Assembly: GCA_964619365.1 (NCBI GenBank)
Contig: CAZUDQ010000002.1
Span: forward strand, 68,715 to 132,714
Direction of reading: 5' to 3'
Length of the DNA: 64,000 nucleotides
From: an uncultured archaeon
GTDB lineage: Archaea > Altiarchaeota > Altiarchaeia > JAFGQM01
In this document: one piece after another, positions 49,794-59,325 of the stretch
How positions within the stretch are numbered: the stretch's first letter is position 1
How the letters are laid out: every line of letters starts with the position of its first letter
The notes under the pieces: model-generated
The model's database searches: none
What the model saw: the letters and a program-made list of their open reading frames with translations, nothing else
What the model was told of the DNA's origin: nothing
Program-made: the position numbers and the translations under genes

Positions 49794-51377
49794 ATGGAAA
49801 AAAATCAAACAATAATCTTAGGTATAGTTATATTAGTTGTGATTGCAGTAGCAATACTTCTTCTTCTGCCCCAAAACACAGTGCCCGACAACAAAGCGAC
49901 CATCTCGGATTTTGAGACTTGCGCTGCAGCAGGCTTACCTATATTAGAATCATATCCAGAGCAGTGTTGCGTACCTAATGGGGGTCCCTGTTATACTAAT
50001 GAGAAGCAAAAAGTTGAGTTACCAATTGTTAAACCCCAAATACCAACAGCCACAACAGAGGATGTTAAGGATATAACAGAGTCCATAAACAAATTCAGCT
50101 TCATTTTGTATAGCGAGTTGTCAAAAGATGGTGATAATGTATTTTATTCGCCTTTTAGCATACATGACGCACTTAGCATGACTTACGAAGGCGCGCACGG
50201 AGAAACCGCAACTGAGATGGAAAACGTACTTTCTTTGCCAACTGACGCGACTGTACGACAAGAAGGTTATCAGACTCTTCTCAGCTCGTTTAATCCTACA
50301 GGCGAGGCTTACAACCTTTCGATTGCAAACGCGCTTTGGCCTGAAGAGACTTATCCTTTCCTTCCAGAGTACATAAGTACCATTGAAGACTACTATTTTG
50401 CAGGGACGCAAGGTATGGATTACATAAATGACTCCGAGGGTTCAAGAAAGATAATAAACTCATGGGTCGAGGATAAGACAAACGAGAAGATAAAAAACAT
50501 CCTTGCATCAGGTGATGTCAATTCACTAACGCGCATGGTTCTTACAAACGCAATATATTTTAAGGGCAACTGGGAAACTTCTTTTGACCCGGAAAACACG
50601 CACAACAATACCTTTATCACTTGTCCAGGGGTAGTCTCTGATGCGCCGATGATGTCGATGTTTGATGAGGTTAATTTCCCTTACACAGAAGGTGACACTT
50701 GGCAGGCAATAAGCCTTCCATATGAAGGGGACAGGCTTAGTATGGTGATAATACTACCTGATGACATAACTGCTTTTGAAGCAGAGCTTGACGAGTCAAA
50801 GTTTGCCGATATCTCAAATCAGCTTGTTCCAACGGATTTAGATTATCTTGAGATACCAAAATTCAAGATTGAGACAAGATATGGTTTAGGTGGGGTGCTT
50901 TCTTCCCTAGGTATGCCTCTTGCTTTCTCAATGGCAGCAGACTTTTCGGGAATGGATGGCACAAAAGACCTTTATATAAGTAAGGTTATCCATAAAGCTT
51001 TTGTTGATGTCAACGAAGAAGGCACTGAGGCTGCAGCGGCAACTGTTGTTGTCATGAATCTAAAGGCTGTAATGGAGCCTGAACCAAACCCAGTCTTTAT
51101 TGCAGACCACCCATTTATCTTTGCGATACTTGATGACGAGTCCGGAGCAATTCTTTTCCTTGGGCGTATTGTTGACCCTGTGGGAGAACATACACTTAAG
51201 GCCTGTGATATAATGCCAGATACAGGAGACTTCCATACCTGCAGCGACACCGAAAAGACAATTGATATCTGCACGATGCAGTACGACCCGGTCTGTGGCA
51301 CTGACGGAGAAACATATGGCAACGGATGCTCGGCTTGCGCTGCCCAGGTGGATGGCTGGTTCCCTGGCGAATGCTAA
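49794..51377 (+). CDS. Membrane-anchored serpin with C-terminal Kazal domain
   Basis: Serpin motifs plus CTMQYDPVCGTDGETYGNGCSAC. Confidence 0.95.
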   Translation: MEKNQTIILGIVILVVIAVAILLLLPQNTVPDNKATISDFETCAAAGLPILESYPEQCCVPNGGPCYTNEKQKVELPIVKPQIPTATTEDVKDITESINKFSFILYSELSKDGDNVFYSPFSIHDALSMTYEGAHGETATEMENVLSLPTDATVRQEGYQTLLSSFNPTGEAYNLSIANALWPEETYPFLPEYISTIEDYYFAGTQGMDYINDSEGSRKIINSWVEDKTNEKIKNILASGDVNSLTRMVLTNAIYFKGNWETSFDPENTHNNTFITCPGVVSDAPMMSMFDEVNFPYTEGDTWQAISLPYEGDRLSMVIILPDDITAFEAELDESKFADISNQLVPTDLDYLEIPKFKIETRYGLGGVLSSLGMPLAFSMAADFSGMDGTKDLYISKVIHKAFVDVNEEGTEAAAATVVVMNLKAVMEPEPNPVFIADHPFIFAILDDESGAILFLGRIVDPVGEHTLKACDIMPDTGDFHTCSDTEKTIDICTMQYDPVCGTDGETYGNGCSACAAQVDGWFPGEC

Positions 51378-51380
51378 ACG

Positions 51381-51845
51381 GTGAAAATAAAGGATTGCCT
51401 GGAATTTGCAAGAAAGAACCCGACATGTTATCTAGCAACGGCAACAGAGTCGGGCGAGCCTAAGGTTCGCCCCTTTCTTTGCTGGGCAGCCGATTCCTCC
51501 GGCTTTTATTTTGACACAGCAGACTACAAGGATACCTGGCAGGAAATAAATGATAACCCTAAAATCGAGGTCTGTTTCCACCCTCAGGGTAAAAAAGAAT
51601 ATCTAAGAATATCTGGTGAAGTGGATATAATAGATACCCCAGAGGCGAATTCTTTGATAGATAAAATTTCAGATGAGGATTTTGGTCTGGGTTCCACAAT
51701 GTCAAAAGAGGGGGGAATAGCGCTTCTTTCGGCTCAAAGACCTTACTCGCCAAATACTCGGGCATTTAGGATGTCTCATGGTAACTGCATAGTCTGGAAC
51801 AGGGACTCGAGCGGAAAGAGCCACAGAGAAGAACTTAGTTTTTAG
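51381..51845 (+). CDS. Pyridoxamine 5'-phosphate oxidase family protein
   Basis: CYLAT...PKVRP, NPKIEVCF, LRISGEV. Confidence 0.85.
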   Translation: MKIKDCLEFARKNPTCYLATATESGEPKVRPFLCWAADSSGFYFDTADYKDTWQEINDNPKIEVCFHPQGKKEYLRISGEVDIIDTPEANSLIDKISDEDFGLGSTMSKEGGIALLSAQRPYSPNTRAFRMSHGNCIVWNRDSSGKSHREELSF

Positions 51846-52323
51846 TCTTTTTCCCATGTACGGGACAATTCGTGTGATTCTCAGGCGTACATTCAACAAA
51901 TTTTCCAGTCTTATAAAAATATTTAAAATGATCAAGCCAGCGGGGCGTGCTTTCAGAATAGTTCATAAACTCTACAAAAGCACTAAGTCTCTTTGATGTT
52001 TCTTTACTAAGGATATGCTCGATTTTGCAGGCGTCTTCTTCTGCGAGTTTTTTTTCTATGCCAAGCCCTGTTAAAAAGGCTGATAGCATCTCATGTTTGT
52101 TTCGAGTTTCGATTGCGATTTTTAGACCATTTTTTGTAAGTGTTACGTCGTGATATTTTTCATAATTTATGTAGCCGGACACCGCTAACTTTTGGAGCAT
52201 CTCAGTTACGCTTGACGGGCTAAGCTTAAGCATTTCTGTTAAGTCCTTTTGCTTAGCAGACCCTTTTTTACTTATAAGCTCTTCTATTGCTTCAAGGTAG
52301 TCCTCTTTTCTTTCAGTTCTCAT
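51835..52323 (-). CDS. DtxR/MntR family metal-dependent regulator
   Basis: EDYLEAI, SVTEMLQKL, EEDACKIEH. Confidence 0.92.
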   Translation of the reverse strand: MRTERKEDYLEAIEELISKKGSAKQKDLTEMLKLSPSSVTEMLQKLAVSGYINYEKYHDVTLTKNGLKIAIETRNKHEMLSAFLTGLGIEKKLAEEDACKIEHILSKETSKRLSAFVEFMNYSESTPRWLDHFKYFYKTGKFVECTPENHTNCPVHGKKTKN

Positions 52324-52576
52324 TTGAATTTAGTATTCTTTTTCCCTTTTTTGTCAGGGAGTAGCCATTCACAAGTTCCTTATCTGTATTAGAGGAAAGA
52401 AAGCAAAAAGAGCAGCTCTTATCACAGGTCACTTGCGATTTTTCTGCCTGCAGGTATCTCATTGAAGTAAGGAGTTCTATTCGAGATTTTAGCTCATCCG
52501 AGCTTATTTCCAAGGCGGATGCAGTTTCATTTAAACTTCTTTTTTCCAAAAGTGCGCTTAAAGTCTCTTTTATCAT
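52313..52576 (-). CDS. FeoC-like winged-helix protein
   Basis: HTH plus CxxxCxxC, in the feo operon. Confidence 0.6.
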   Translation of the reverse strand: MIKETLSALLEKRSLNETASALEISSDELKSRIELLTSMRYLQAEKSQVTCDKSCSFCFLSSNTDKELVNGYSLTKKGKRILNSNEN

Positions 52577-53031
52577 TTTCCAGCTTTTGCAAGATTATTT
52601 AATGCGAATTTATCCCTCCAAACGAGCAGTCCAAAAAGAGGGAGGAGCACAAGAAGCACAATAGGCTTAAGTGCCATTGTAAAATCAAGTGATGAAAAAG
52701 TCCACTCTGATTCTATTGCCATGTTTAAGAGCTCACCACCAATAAGGATTATCGCGATAACTGCCAAGATGACTGCAATTAGTATGCCGACATAAATATA
52801 GGCTACACCCTCATTTATCCCGGCATGAAGCTCCTTTGCGCCAAATAAGAAAATCACCGCAATTACAATTAATGTAAACCCACCCATTATGTCTGCGGGG
52901 AAAAAGAAGAAATCATTAAAGCCAAATATCATTATGATTTCATTTATGAGGACAAGAGTGCCTACTGCCAGGTATATCGCCCCGACAATGAGCCCGAATA
53001 AGAACTTTCCTTTTAATTTTTTGTTTTCCAT
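52573..53031 (-). CDS. Four-TM membrane protein in the feo operon
   Basis: Hydrophobic; coupled to feoB. Confidence 0.65.
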   Translation of the reverse strand: MENKKLKGKFLFGLIVGAIYLAVGTLVLINEIIMIFGFNDFFFFPADIMGGFTLIVIAVIFLFGAKELHAGINEGVAYIYVGILIAVILAVIAIILIGGELLNMAIESEWTFSSLDFTMALKPIVLLVLLPLFGLLVWRDKFALNNLAKAGK

Positions 53032-53033
53032 CT

Positions 53034-55019
53034 TTAGCTAAAACCCAAAATAAGCCCTCCTTGATATATCAAAAATGCAGCTATCCAGGCAATCCCTATG
53101 CTATATGTCGCAGAAAATGCCATCCACTTCCAAGAACCAGTTTCCTTTTTGATGACACTAAGTGTCGCAATGCATGGAACATAAAGAAGTGTAAATACCA
53201 TAAGTGAAAGGGAGCTAAGGGGTGTGAATGCAGCATCTTCTTGCAGACTTAAGGAAAGTCCCTTAGTTTCGTCATTACTATAAAGGACGCCAAGGGCACT
53301 TATTACAAGCTCCTTTGCAACAAATCCGAATATTAGTGCGACAACCATCTTCCAGTCAAAACCAAGCGGAGCAAAAATAGGTTCTAGGGTCTGACCGATT
53401 ACACCTACATAACTATCTGCCCCACCATAAGTTACACCTTCTGGGAAGCTTGCAAGGAACCAGATTATAATCGCGCCGATTACGATTATCGGTCCGGCTT
53501 TTTTGATGTAAGTAAAGCCAAGGTTCCAGGCGTGTAAAAAAGACGTCTTAAATGTGGGTCTCCTGTAAATGGGAAGCTCCATGATAAATGGTGCGGCCTC
53601 GCCCTTAAAGACAAATTTCCTAAGAAGAAGGGCCGAAAGTATTGCAACAACGATGCCCAGGACATATAAGCTAAAGATTACAGTTCCTGCTTCGTGCCCA
53701 AAAAAGGCACCTGCAAGAAGGATAAAGACTGGAAGGCGTGCACCACAACTGATAAATGGAGTTACAAGAATAGTTATGAATCTGTCTTTCTCATCATCGA
53801 TTGTTCGTGTGGCCATTATGGCAGGCACATTGCATCCAATCCCCATGAGCATCGGGACAAATGACTTTCCCTGAAGGCCAAGCTTATACATTAACCTGTC
53901 CATTACAAAGGCCGCGCGCGACAGATATCCACTGTCCTCAAGGACTGAAAGCATAAGAAACATTATAAATATCGGCGGCACAAAGACAAGGACGAAGCCA
54001 AGCCCCCCGATTATTCCATTACCTAGAAGGGAACCAAAAAGTCCCGGGATGGCGTCAAGAACAAAGACTGATAAATCTGAGAAAAAGGTCCCTACGATCT
54101 CCATAAATGGCGTTGAAAGGGTGAAAGTTAGCTCAAAAGCGGCCCAGATTATTATCAAAAATATGGGTATCCCTAAATACTTATTGGTAACTACGCGGTC
54201 TATCATATCGCTTACAGTAGTTTTGCCCGCACATATCGTGCATACTTGAGGTAGGAACAAGGATATCGCAGAGTAGCGTTTATCAACCATCTGGGCTTCA
54301 TATTTTTCAGAATCAATACCCTTTAAGAATTTTTTGACTTCGGGCCAAGCGGGGCTACTAGCGACATTTTCAATTGCATTTTTGTCGCCCTCAAGAAGTC
54401 TTGCCGAAAGCCATCGCAAAGGTATCTTTTTTGAAAGTTCTGCGTCTTCCCCAAGGACTTTTTCCAAGGACAAAATCTTTCTTTCGATTCTTGAACCGTA
54501 GCTTATCTCATGGATATGTTGCTTTGTTTTTGATACCTCAGTTATAGTTTCAAGAAGTTTTTGGGTTCCTTTATCTTCACTGGCAACAGTTTTAACTACT
54601 GGTACACCTAAAAATTCAGACAGGCGCGACACATCAATTTTATCACCCCTGGTTTCTGCCATATCAGACATGTTTAAAGCGATAACTACTTTGCTTCCAA
54701 GTTCAAGGATCTGGGTTGTAAGGTACAAATTGCGCTTTAGGTTTGTTGCATCAATTACATGCACGACGACATCGGGTTTTTCATTTATAAGGTAGTCCCT
54801 GGCAACAATCTCATCCTTTGAATAAGCTGCAAGACCATAAGTTCCTGGGAGATCGACAAATTCAATCTCATACCCTTCGTATTTTTTCTTTCCACTAAGC
54901 TTCTCGACAGTGACTCCCGGCCAGTTGCCCACCCTTTGCCGACTCCCAACAAGGCGGTTAAATACTGATGTTTTTCCGACATTGGGGTTTCCTGCAAGGG
55001 CTACAGTTATTTTTTCCAC
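53034..55019 (-). CDS. feoB: Ferrous iron transporter B
   Basis: GNPNVGKT, NWPGVTVE, DLPGTY, LEDSGY, PFISCGARLP. Confidence 0.97.
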   Translation of the reverse strand: MEKITVALAGNPNVGKTSVFNRLVGSRQRVGNWPGVTVEKLSGKKKYEGYEIEFVDLPGTYGLAAYSKDEIVARDYLINEKPDVVVHVIDATNLKRNLYLTTQILELGSKVVIALNMSDMAETRGDKIDVSRLSEFLGVPVVKTVASEDKGTQKLLETITEVSKTKQHIHEISYGSRIERKILSLEKVLGEDAELSKKIPLRWLSARLLEGDKNAIENVASSPAWPEVKKFLKGIDSEKYEAQMVDKRYSAISLFLPQVCTICAGKTTVSDMIDRVVTNKYLGIPIFLIIIWAAFELTFTLSTPFMEIVGTFFSDLSVFVLDAIPGLFGSLLGNGIIGGLGFVLVFVPPIFIMFLMLSVLEDSGYLSRAAFVMDRLMYKLGLQGKSFVPMLMGIGCNVPAIMATRTIDDEKDRFITILVTPFISCGARLPVFILLAGAFFGHEAGTVIFSLYVLGIVVAILSALLLRKFVFKGEAAPFIMELPIYRRPTFKTSFLHAWNLGFTYIKKAGPIIVIGAIIIWFLASFPEGVTYGGADSYVGVIGQTLEPIFAPLGFDWKMVVALIFGFVAKELVISALGVLYSNDETKGLSLSLQEDAAFTPLSSLSLMVFTLLYVPCIATLSVIKKETGSWKWMAFSATYSIGIAWIAAFLIYQGGLILGFS

Positions 55020-55020
55020 T

Positions 55021-55275
55021 TCACTCTTTTATGAGAATGCCTTCTGCAAGGCGCTTTGATATGCAGTATTTGGCGCCGTTTATCTCTATTATTAATGCGC
55101 GGCCTTGGGTGCTGATTAACTTGACAGGCAAGCCCTCCTTAACTCCCAGGTCCATAAGTCGTCTTCTTGAGCCGCCACAGGTCTGAATATCGAGTATAAC
55201 TACTTCCTCTCCAAGCGGAGCTAAAAGAAGGCTTTTACCTTGCGCTTGTCCACATCTGTGCCGACATCTCCTCAT
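55021..55275 (-). CDS. feoA: Ferrous iron transport protein A
   Basis: RRLMDLGVKEG, upstream of feoB. Confidence 0.88.
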   Translation of the reverse strand: MRRCRHRCGQAQGKSLLLAPLGEEVVILDIQTCGGSRRRLMDLGVKEGLPVKLISTQGRALIIEINGAKYCISKRLAEGILIKE

Positions 55276-55309
55276 TTTCTGGTATCTTAGAACCTGGCAA
55301 TATAAAAAC

Positions 55310-55327
55310 TTTTCGGTATACCGAAAA
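55310..55327. promoter_or_regulatory. Probable DtxR-family operator
   Basis: Perfect 18-bp palindrome TTTTCGGTATACCGAAAA 35 bp upstream of feoA. Confidence 0.7.
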
Positions 55328-55375
55328 CTCTTAATTGATTTTTATTCCAAGGCCCAAAATAATTAACAGAAAAAA

Positions 55376-55633
55376 ATGGTACAGACAAAGGAGCAAAAGG
55401 TCCTAAGGCGAGACGTTATGAATCAGATTTCATTACTCCTTACTAGCGCTTTTGCCTTAGTTGCCGCCCTTGCTTGGAATGATGCCATAAAAGCAGGATT
55501 TAGCGAGCTATTTGGCACACAAACTGCGGTTTATGCGATGATAATCTATGCAGTGGTTGTTACCATCATTGCTGTTGTCCTAATCATTATGTTTGCGCGC
55601 TCAGGCTTTAAGGCAAAGGACATTGACGACTAA
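55376..55633 (+). CDS. DUF5654-like membrane protein
   Basis: AFALVAALAWNDAIK, YAVVVTIIAV. Confidence 0.8.
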   Translation: MVQTKEQKVLRRDVMNQISLLLTSAFALVAALAWNDAIKAGFSELFGTQTAVYAMIIYAVVVTIIAVVLIIMFARSGFKAKDIDD

Positions 55634-55665
55634 TCTGGACTATTGGATTTTAATTATAAGTTATA

Positions 55666-55920
55666 ATGGCAAGCATTAAACGCAAGTGGGATTTACTCTC
55701 AGAAGAAAAAAGAAGTGAGAGTATTAGGGAACTGACTAGTTTTTTTAAAACACAAAGAGATGAAGAAATCGGAATGATTGCTGCTGAATCTATACTGGAT
55801 CATTTTTTGCAAAGTGTTGGAATAGAGCTTTATAACAAAGGCGTGGAGGACTCCATAACTTTGTTAAGAGGACGTTTTGAAACCTTGGAACTGGATATGG
55901 ATTCCCTATTGAAAAAATAA
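55666..55920 (+). CDS. DUF2164 family protein
   Basis: RDEEIGMIAAE...YNKGVED. Confidence 0.8.
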   Translation: MASIKRKWDLLSEEKRSESIRELTSFFKTQRDEEIGMIAAESILDHFLQSVGIELYNKGVEDSITLLRGRFETLELDMDSLLKK

Positions 55921-55951
55921 TCCAAGGCCCCTACCTAGAACATGAAAATGA

Positions 55952-55998
55952 GCGGACCCGCCGGGACGCTGAGGTGGATGTTTCTTCAATACCAATGA
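55952..55998. repeat. tRNA-Arg 3' duplicate plus half of the hairpin element (distal island boundary)
   Basis: gcggacccgccggga identical to 60888-60902; whole 47 bp matches 60795-60841 with 4 mismatches. Confidence 0.88.
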
Positions 55999-56044
55999 TA
56001 AAGATTGCTTTTGGAAAATGAAGAATTGCTATGCGATAAAAGGA

Positions 56045-56788
56045 TTATAATTTGTCTATCTCTTTTCTAATGCTGTTATACCAATCATAAATTATTTCCT
56101 TCATTCTAGTCTTGATTTCATCCCTTTCGCCTACTTTATACAAATAGGTGTAACCGCCCCTGGGTAGGTTCTTTCGCAGTCTGTTAACAAGTTGCTTTTT
56201 GAGAAGACTTTTCATAGCTTTCTGGATAGTTGTTCTTTCTAGGTTCATCCCCTTTGCGATTTTTGATATCGTTGTCTCACCTTCATTTTTCAACAAGAAA
56301 ATCAAGACATTATACTCAGTTTTATTCAAATCGAATGAACACTTGATTAACTCCTCATGTGTTATCTTCTTGCATGCGAAGGTAACATCCTTGATGGCTG
56401 AGTTATTTCCCAAGCCGTCAGCCACGAAACATGCGTTAGAGACTGCCTTGATATTGTTCTTTTTGCAAAAGTCTATGGCATTTTTCGATTCGGATCCAGG
56501 TTGCATCCAAACATTATCTACCCCGATGTTCTTACATTCAATCACAACCTTTTCTGTGGCTTTTGGGGGAACCGTAGTTATGACCACATTTGGTTTCTTG
56601 GGCAATGACTCTAAATTAGGGTAACATACAGTATTACCTATTTTTCGGTGTTTTGGATTTATTGGATAAACATTAAAGCCTAATGATTTTAGCGTCTGGA
56701 ATATTCTTGAGCCCCACTTGTTGGGATTGGACGAGACACCGACTACTGCGATTGTGTTGTTTCTGTCCAGAAAATCGTTAGGATTCAT
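56045..56788 (-). CDS. CoA-binding domain fused to a TrmB-like HTH regulator
   Basis: IAVVGVS, VYPINP, VWMQPG, NAC; then FACKKI...LIKCSFDLNKTE, LERTTIQKA, GGYTYLY. Confidence 0.8.
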   Translation of the reverse strand: MNPNDFLDRNNTIAVVGVSSNPNKWGSRIFQTLKSLGFNVYPINPKHRKIGNTVCYPNLESLPKKPNVVITTVPPKATEKVVIECKNIGVDNVWMQPGSESKNAIDFCKKNNIKAVSNACFVADGLGNNSAIKDVTFACKKITHEELIKCSFDLNKTEYNVLIFLLKNEGETTISKIAKGMNLERTTIQKAMKSLLKKQLVNRLRKNLPRGGYTYLYKVGERDEIKTRMKEIIYDWYNSIRKEIDKL

Positions 56789-57104
56789 TCTTGCCACCAA
56801 AAAGCCTACTGAAAAAGGATTTTTTCAATCCAAGCATTGTTTCAATATCATCTCGTAGATTGTCTTCGCTGGGGGCGCCACTTTTTCTCTTAATCTCTTT
56901 CCCTTCATTATCAAGGAACAATATTGTGGGTAGTCTTGTTATACCATATTTTGAGGACAGCTCTTTGCCTTCAGCAGTTTTTATTCTTACCTTTTTGTAT
57001 GACAAGCCTTGCTCACTATATGCCGGTGCGACCCTTTGGACTGCGCGTTCCGCTTTGGGGCAGTGTGGGCAGTGTGACGAGACAAAGACCAGTATTTTCA
57101 TCAT
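56778..57104 (-). CDS. Thioredoxin family protein
   Basis: CPHC, LPT. Confidence 0.85.
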   Translation of the reverse strand: MMKILVFVSSHCPHCPKAERAVQRVAPAYSEQGLSYKKVRIKTAEGKELSSKYGITRLPTILFLDNEGKEIKRKSGAPSEDNLRDDIETMLGLKKSFFSRLFGGKNES

Positions 57105-57365
57105 TCAGCTTTCCTTGCTTACAAATAAAAAACAATGGCAATGACCCTGCCCCTCTATCTCTTTCTTATGATAAGCACAGGGACACACGTTCTTATCATT
57201 GTGTTCCACTCTGCATGGGCAATATCTCTTCCCAAATATTTTCTCGTTTTCAAGTAAGCCAGTAACAAGCATCTCGATTATCTTCTGGTCGGGATTTAAC
57301 TTAAAGCCGTTCTCTTGTGCATACTTCTCATAGTCTTCAATAGTCCCTTTGATCTTTTCATCCAT
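57105..57365 (-). CDS. Ferredoxin-thioredoxin reductase catalytic subunit
   Basis: YCPCR...CPC...CHC.LF. Confidence 0.92.
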   Translation of the reverse strand: MDEKIKGTIEDYEKYAQENGFKLNPDQKIIEMLVTGLLENEKIFGKRYCPCRVEHNDKNVCPCAYHKKEIEGQGHCHCFLFVSKES

Positions 57366-57366
57366 A

Positions 57367-57546
57367 TTAATCTCTCAAGGTAATCGCATTATTTGGGCAG
57401 GCAGAAACACACGCCCCACAACTCTTACAGTTTTCTGGGTGCTTGACAACGACCTTCCCAGATATTATTTCCAAAACTCCGAAAGGGCATGCGTTAACGC
57501 AAATACCGCATCCAGCACAGATACTTTGTTTTATTTTTGGTGCCAT
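57367..57546 (-). CDS. 2[4Fe-4S] ferredoxin (59 aa, not in ORF track)
   Basis: Manual translation MAPKIKQSICAGCGICVNACPFG...NCKSCGACVSACPNNAITLRD*. Confidence 0.92.
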   Translation of the reverse strand: MAPKIKQSICAGCGICVNACPFGVLEIISGKVVVKHPENCKSCGACVSACPNNAITLRD

Positions 57547-57569
57547 TTTACACTAGTTTTTTATCCATT

Positions 57570-58538
57570 TTAATCTTCTTCAGGGATACAAAGACCTTTC
57601 CTCATTATTTCTTTGCTGGTTTTATAAACCAGATAGACGATTATTGAGGTGAGGATAGTCAAAAGAAGAATTGACAGGATTTCAAAAAATTGGATTTTTG
57701 TTTCATGATACATCAAGAGTGTCGCTATCGTTATTGCCGCCATTGGAAAGCTATAAGCCCACCAGGATAGATAAAATTTTATTTTTGAAAACAAGGTTAC
57801 TTGGGCAAAGACAAGCAACAGCAAGAATAAAGAGGTATAATATAATATTCTTGCGAAAGGGTCTATTTCGCCAACTAATTTTACATAAGCAATAAAGGCT
57901 ATCGCAGGCGGTGCAAATAATATAAAGAAAGTAGGGATTAACTTATCTGCAATTGGGTGGTGGAATATTATCCTATTGAATACAATTGTGAATAATACTG
58001 CCCACATGATAATACCAATGCTAAAAAAGAACCATGAGAGTTCTATGTAACCTAATTGGACGCCCGCAATCGGGATTATAACATTTCCCACTATAGGTAT
58101 GAACCAGGATGGGTTAAGATGCTCGAATTCAAATTTTGAATGCCTTAACCACATTGAGGTGATGGCTATGGAGAATATAAATTGGAGTATTACGCCGATT
58201 ATCCATAGATTTCTTGCAAGCAACAGATTCATATCCAAATAGATAATACTCAATATCAAGAATATTTTTGCGAATATCGGAAAAAAGTTTATCTTGATTG
58301 GATGGTTTATCTCTTTTCGCACCTCATCCGGAAATTTAAGTAATTTAAGGAAATAAAGCCCAGTGATTAGTATGAATATCAGGATTGTGGCATATAAAAG
58401 GTAATTGTAACCCTGGAATGGCAAATTAAGGATTACATCGGCCTTTTTTAGTGCGAGTGTAAATCCGACTAAACCTAAAGGTATCGCCAAAAAACTTATT
58501 GAAAAATGTTTTAGTCTACTAATACCCGCATCAGTCAT
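57570..58538 (-). CDS. SLAC1/TehA (TDT) anion channel
   Basis: HPIKINFFP, PSWFIPIVG, FILFAPP, SWWAYSFP. Confidence 0.92.
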   Translation of the reverse strand: MTDAGISRLKHFSISFLAIPLGLVGFTLALKKADVILNLPFQGYNYLLYATILIFILITGLYFLKLLKFPDEVRKEINHPIKINFFPIFAKIFLILSIIYLDMNLLLARNLWIIGVILQFIFSIAITSMWLRHSKFEFEHLNPSWFIPIVGNVIIPIAGVQLGYIELSWFFFSIGIIMWAVLFTIVFNRIIFHHPIADKLIPTFFILFAPPAIAFIAYVKLVGEIDPFARILYYTSLFLLLLVFAQVTLFSKIKFYLSWWAYSFPMAAITIATLLMYHETKIQFFEILSILLLTILTSIIVYLVYKTSKEIMRKGLCIPEED

Positions 58539-59325
58539 CCTTAACCTTTTTTATATACGGACATTTATCCACACCTATCTTATCGTCTAAAACCGCTCTT
58601 ATGAACTCATTGCACGACTTGAATCCACATTTGCCGCAGTTCATATTGGGCACCCTAGCTTTCAACTCCTTGCCTCGTAAATATTGGTTTAAGGTTTCCT
58701 GTGCGTCAATAGTCTTATTACCATAGCAATAACCACATACTGCTGAAGGCATGGTGTGTTTTAGTGTGAGCTTTCCCTTTATCTCTGGGCTATTTTGTAT
58801 CATCTCCGCTAGATCTATTGCCCCTTCTCCGGTTAATCCATTTGCCTCGATTATTGATGCAGTTTTATTTATCCCTATTACACGAGTCCTGAAGATTTCT
58901 CTCTCAGCCTGAGAGATTAAATCTCCTTTAGTTACTGCAACTACATCCGCTTGAGTTAGAAGCGGACCGTAATTTGAAGGCTTTCCCGATAATATGTTGA
59001 GGATGTTGATTGCGAGACCTTCATTTACATAAGGGGAGCATCTTAGGCAAAGCCCTGCAGTCTCTATGAATATAATGTCTTTGTTCTTATGTTCTTCAAT
59101 AATTTTTGGTATCTCCAATGCTGCATAATGGTCTGGGCAGACATCACCAGAAATTTTTTTTCCAGTACTTATGCCAAATTTTTCTTTGATTAAAGTAGCA
59201 TCGTCTGTATCAAGGACATCGAATTTTGTATAATGGATGTTTAAGTCTTTCAACTCTTCTATTACATGTTTGATTACACTGGTCTTCCCGCTTCCAGGTG
59301 TCCCCCCAAATATAACTAGCTTCAT
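58531..59325 (-). CDS. HypB/UreG-like (G3E) GTPase with C-terminal Fe-S domain
   Basis: GTPGSGKT, CPDH, ETAGLCLRCSP, TKGD, CGYCYG, NCGKCGFKSC...CPY. Confidence 0.85.
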   Translation of the reverse strand: MKLVIFGGTPGSGKTSVIKHVIEELKDLNIHYTKFDVLDTDDATLIKEKFGISTGKKISGDVCPDHYAALEIPKIIEEHKNKDIIFIETAGLCLRCSPYVNEGLAINILNILSGKPSNYGPLLTQADVVAVTKGDLISQAEREIFRTRVIGINKTASIIEANGLTGEGAIDLAEMIQNSPEIKGKLTLKHTMPSAVCGYCYGNKTIDAQETLNQYLRGKELKARVPNMNCGKCGFKSCNEFIRAVLDDKIGVDKCPYIKKVKDD

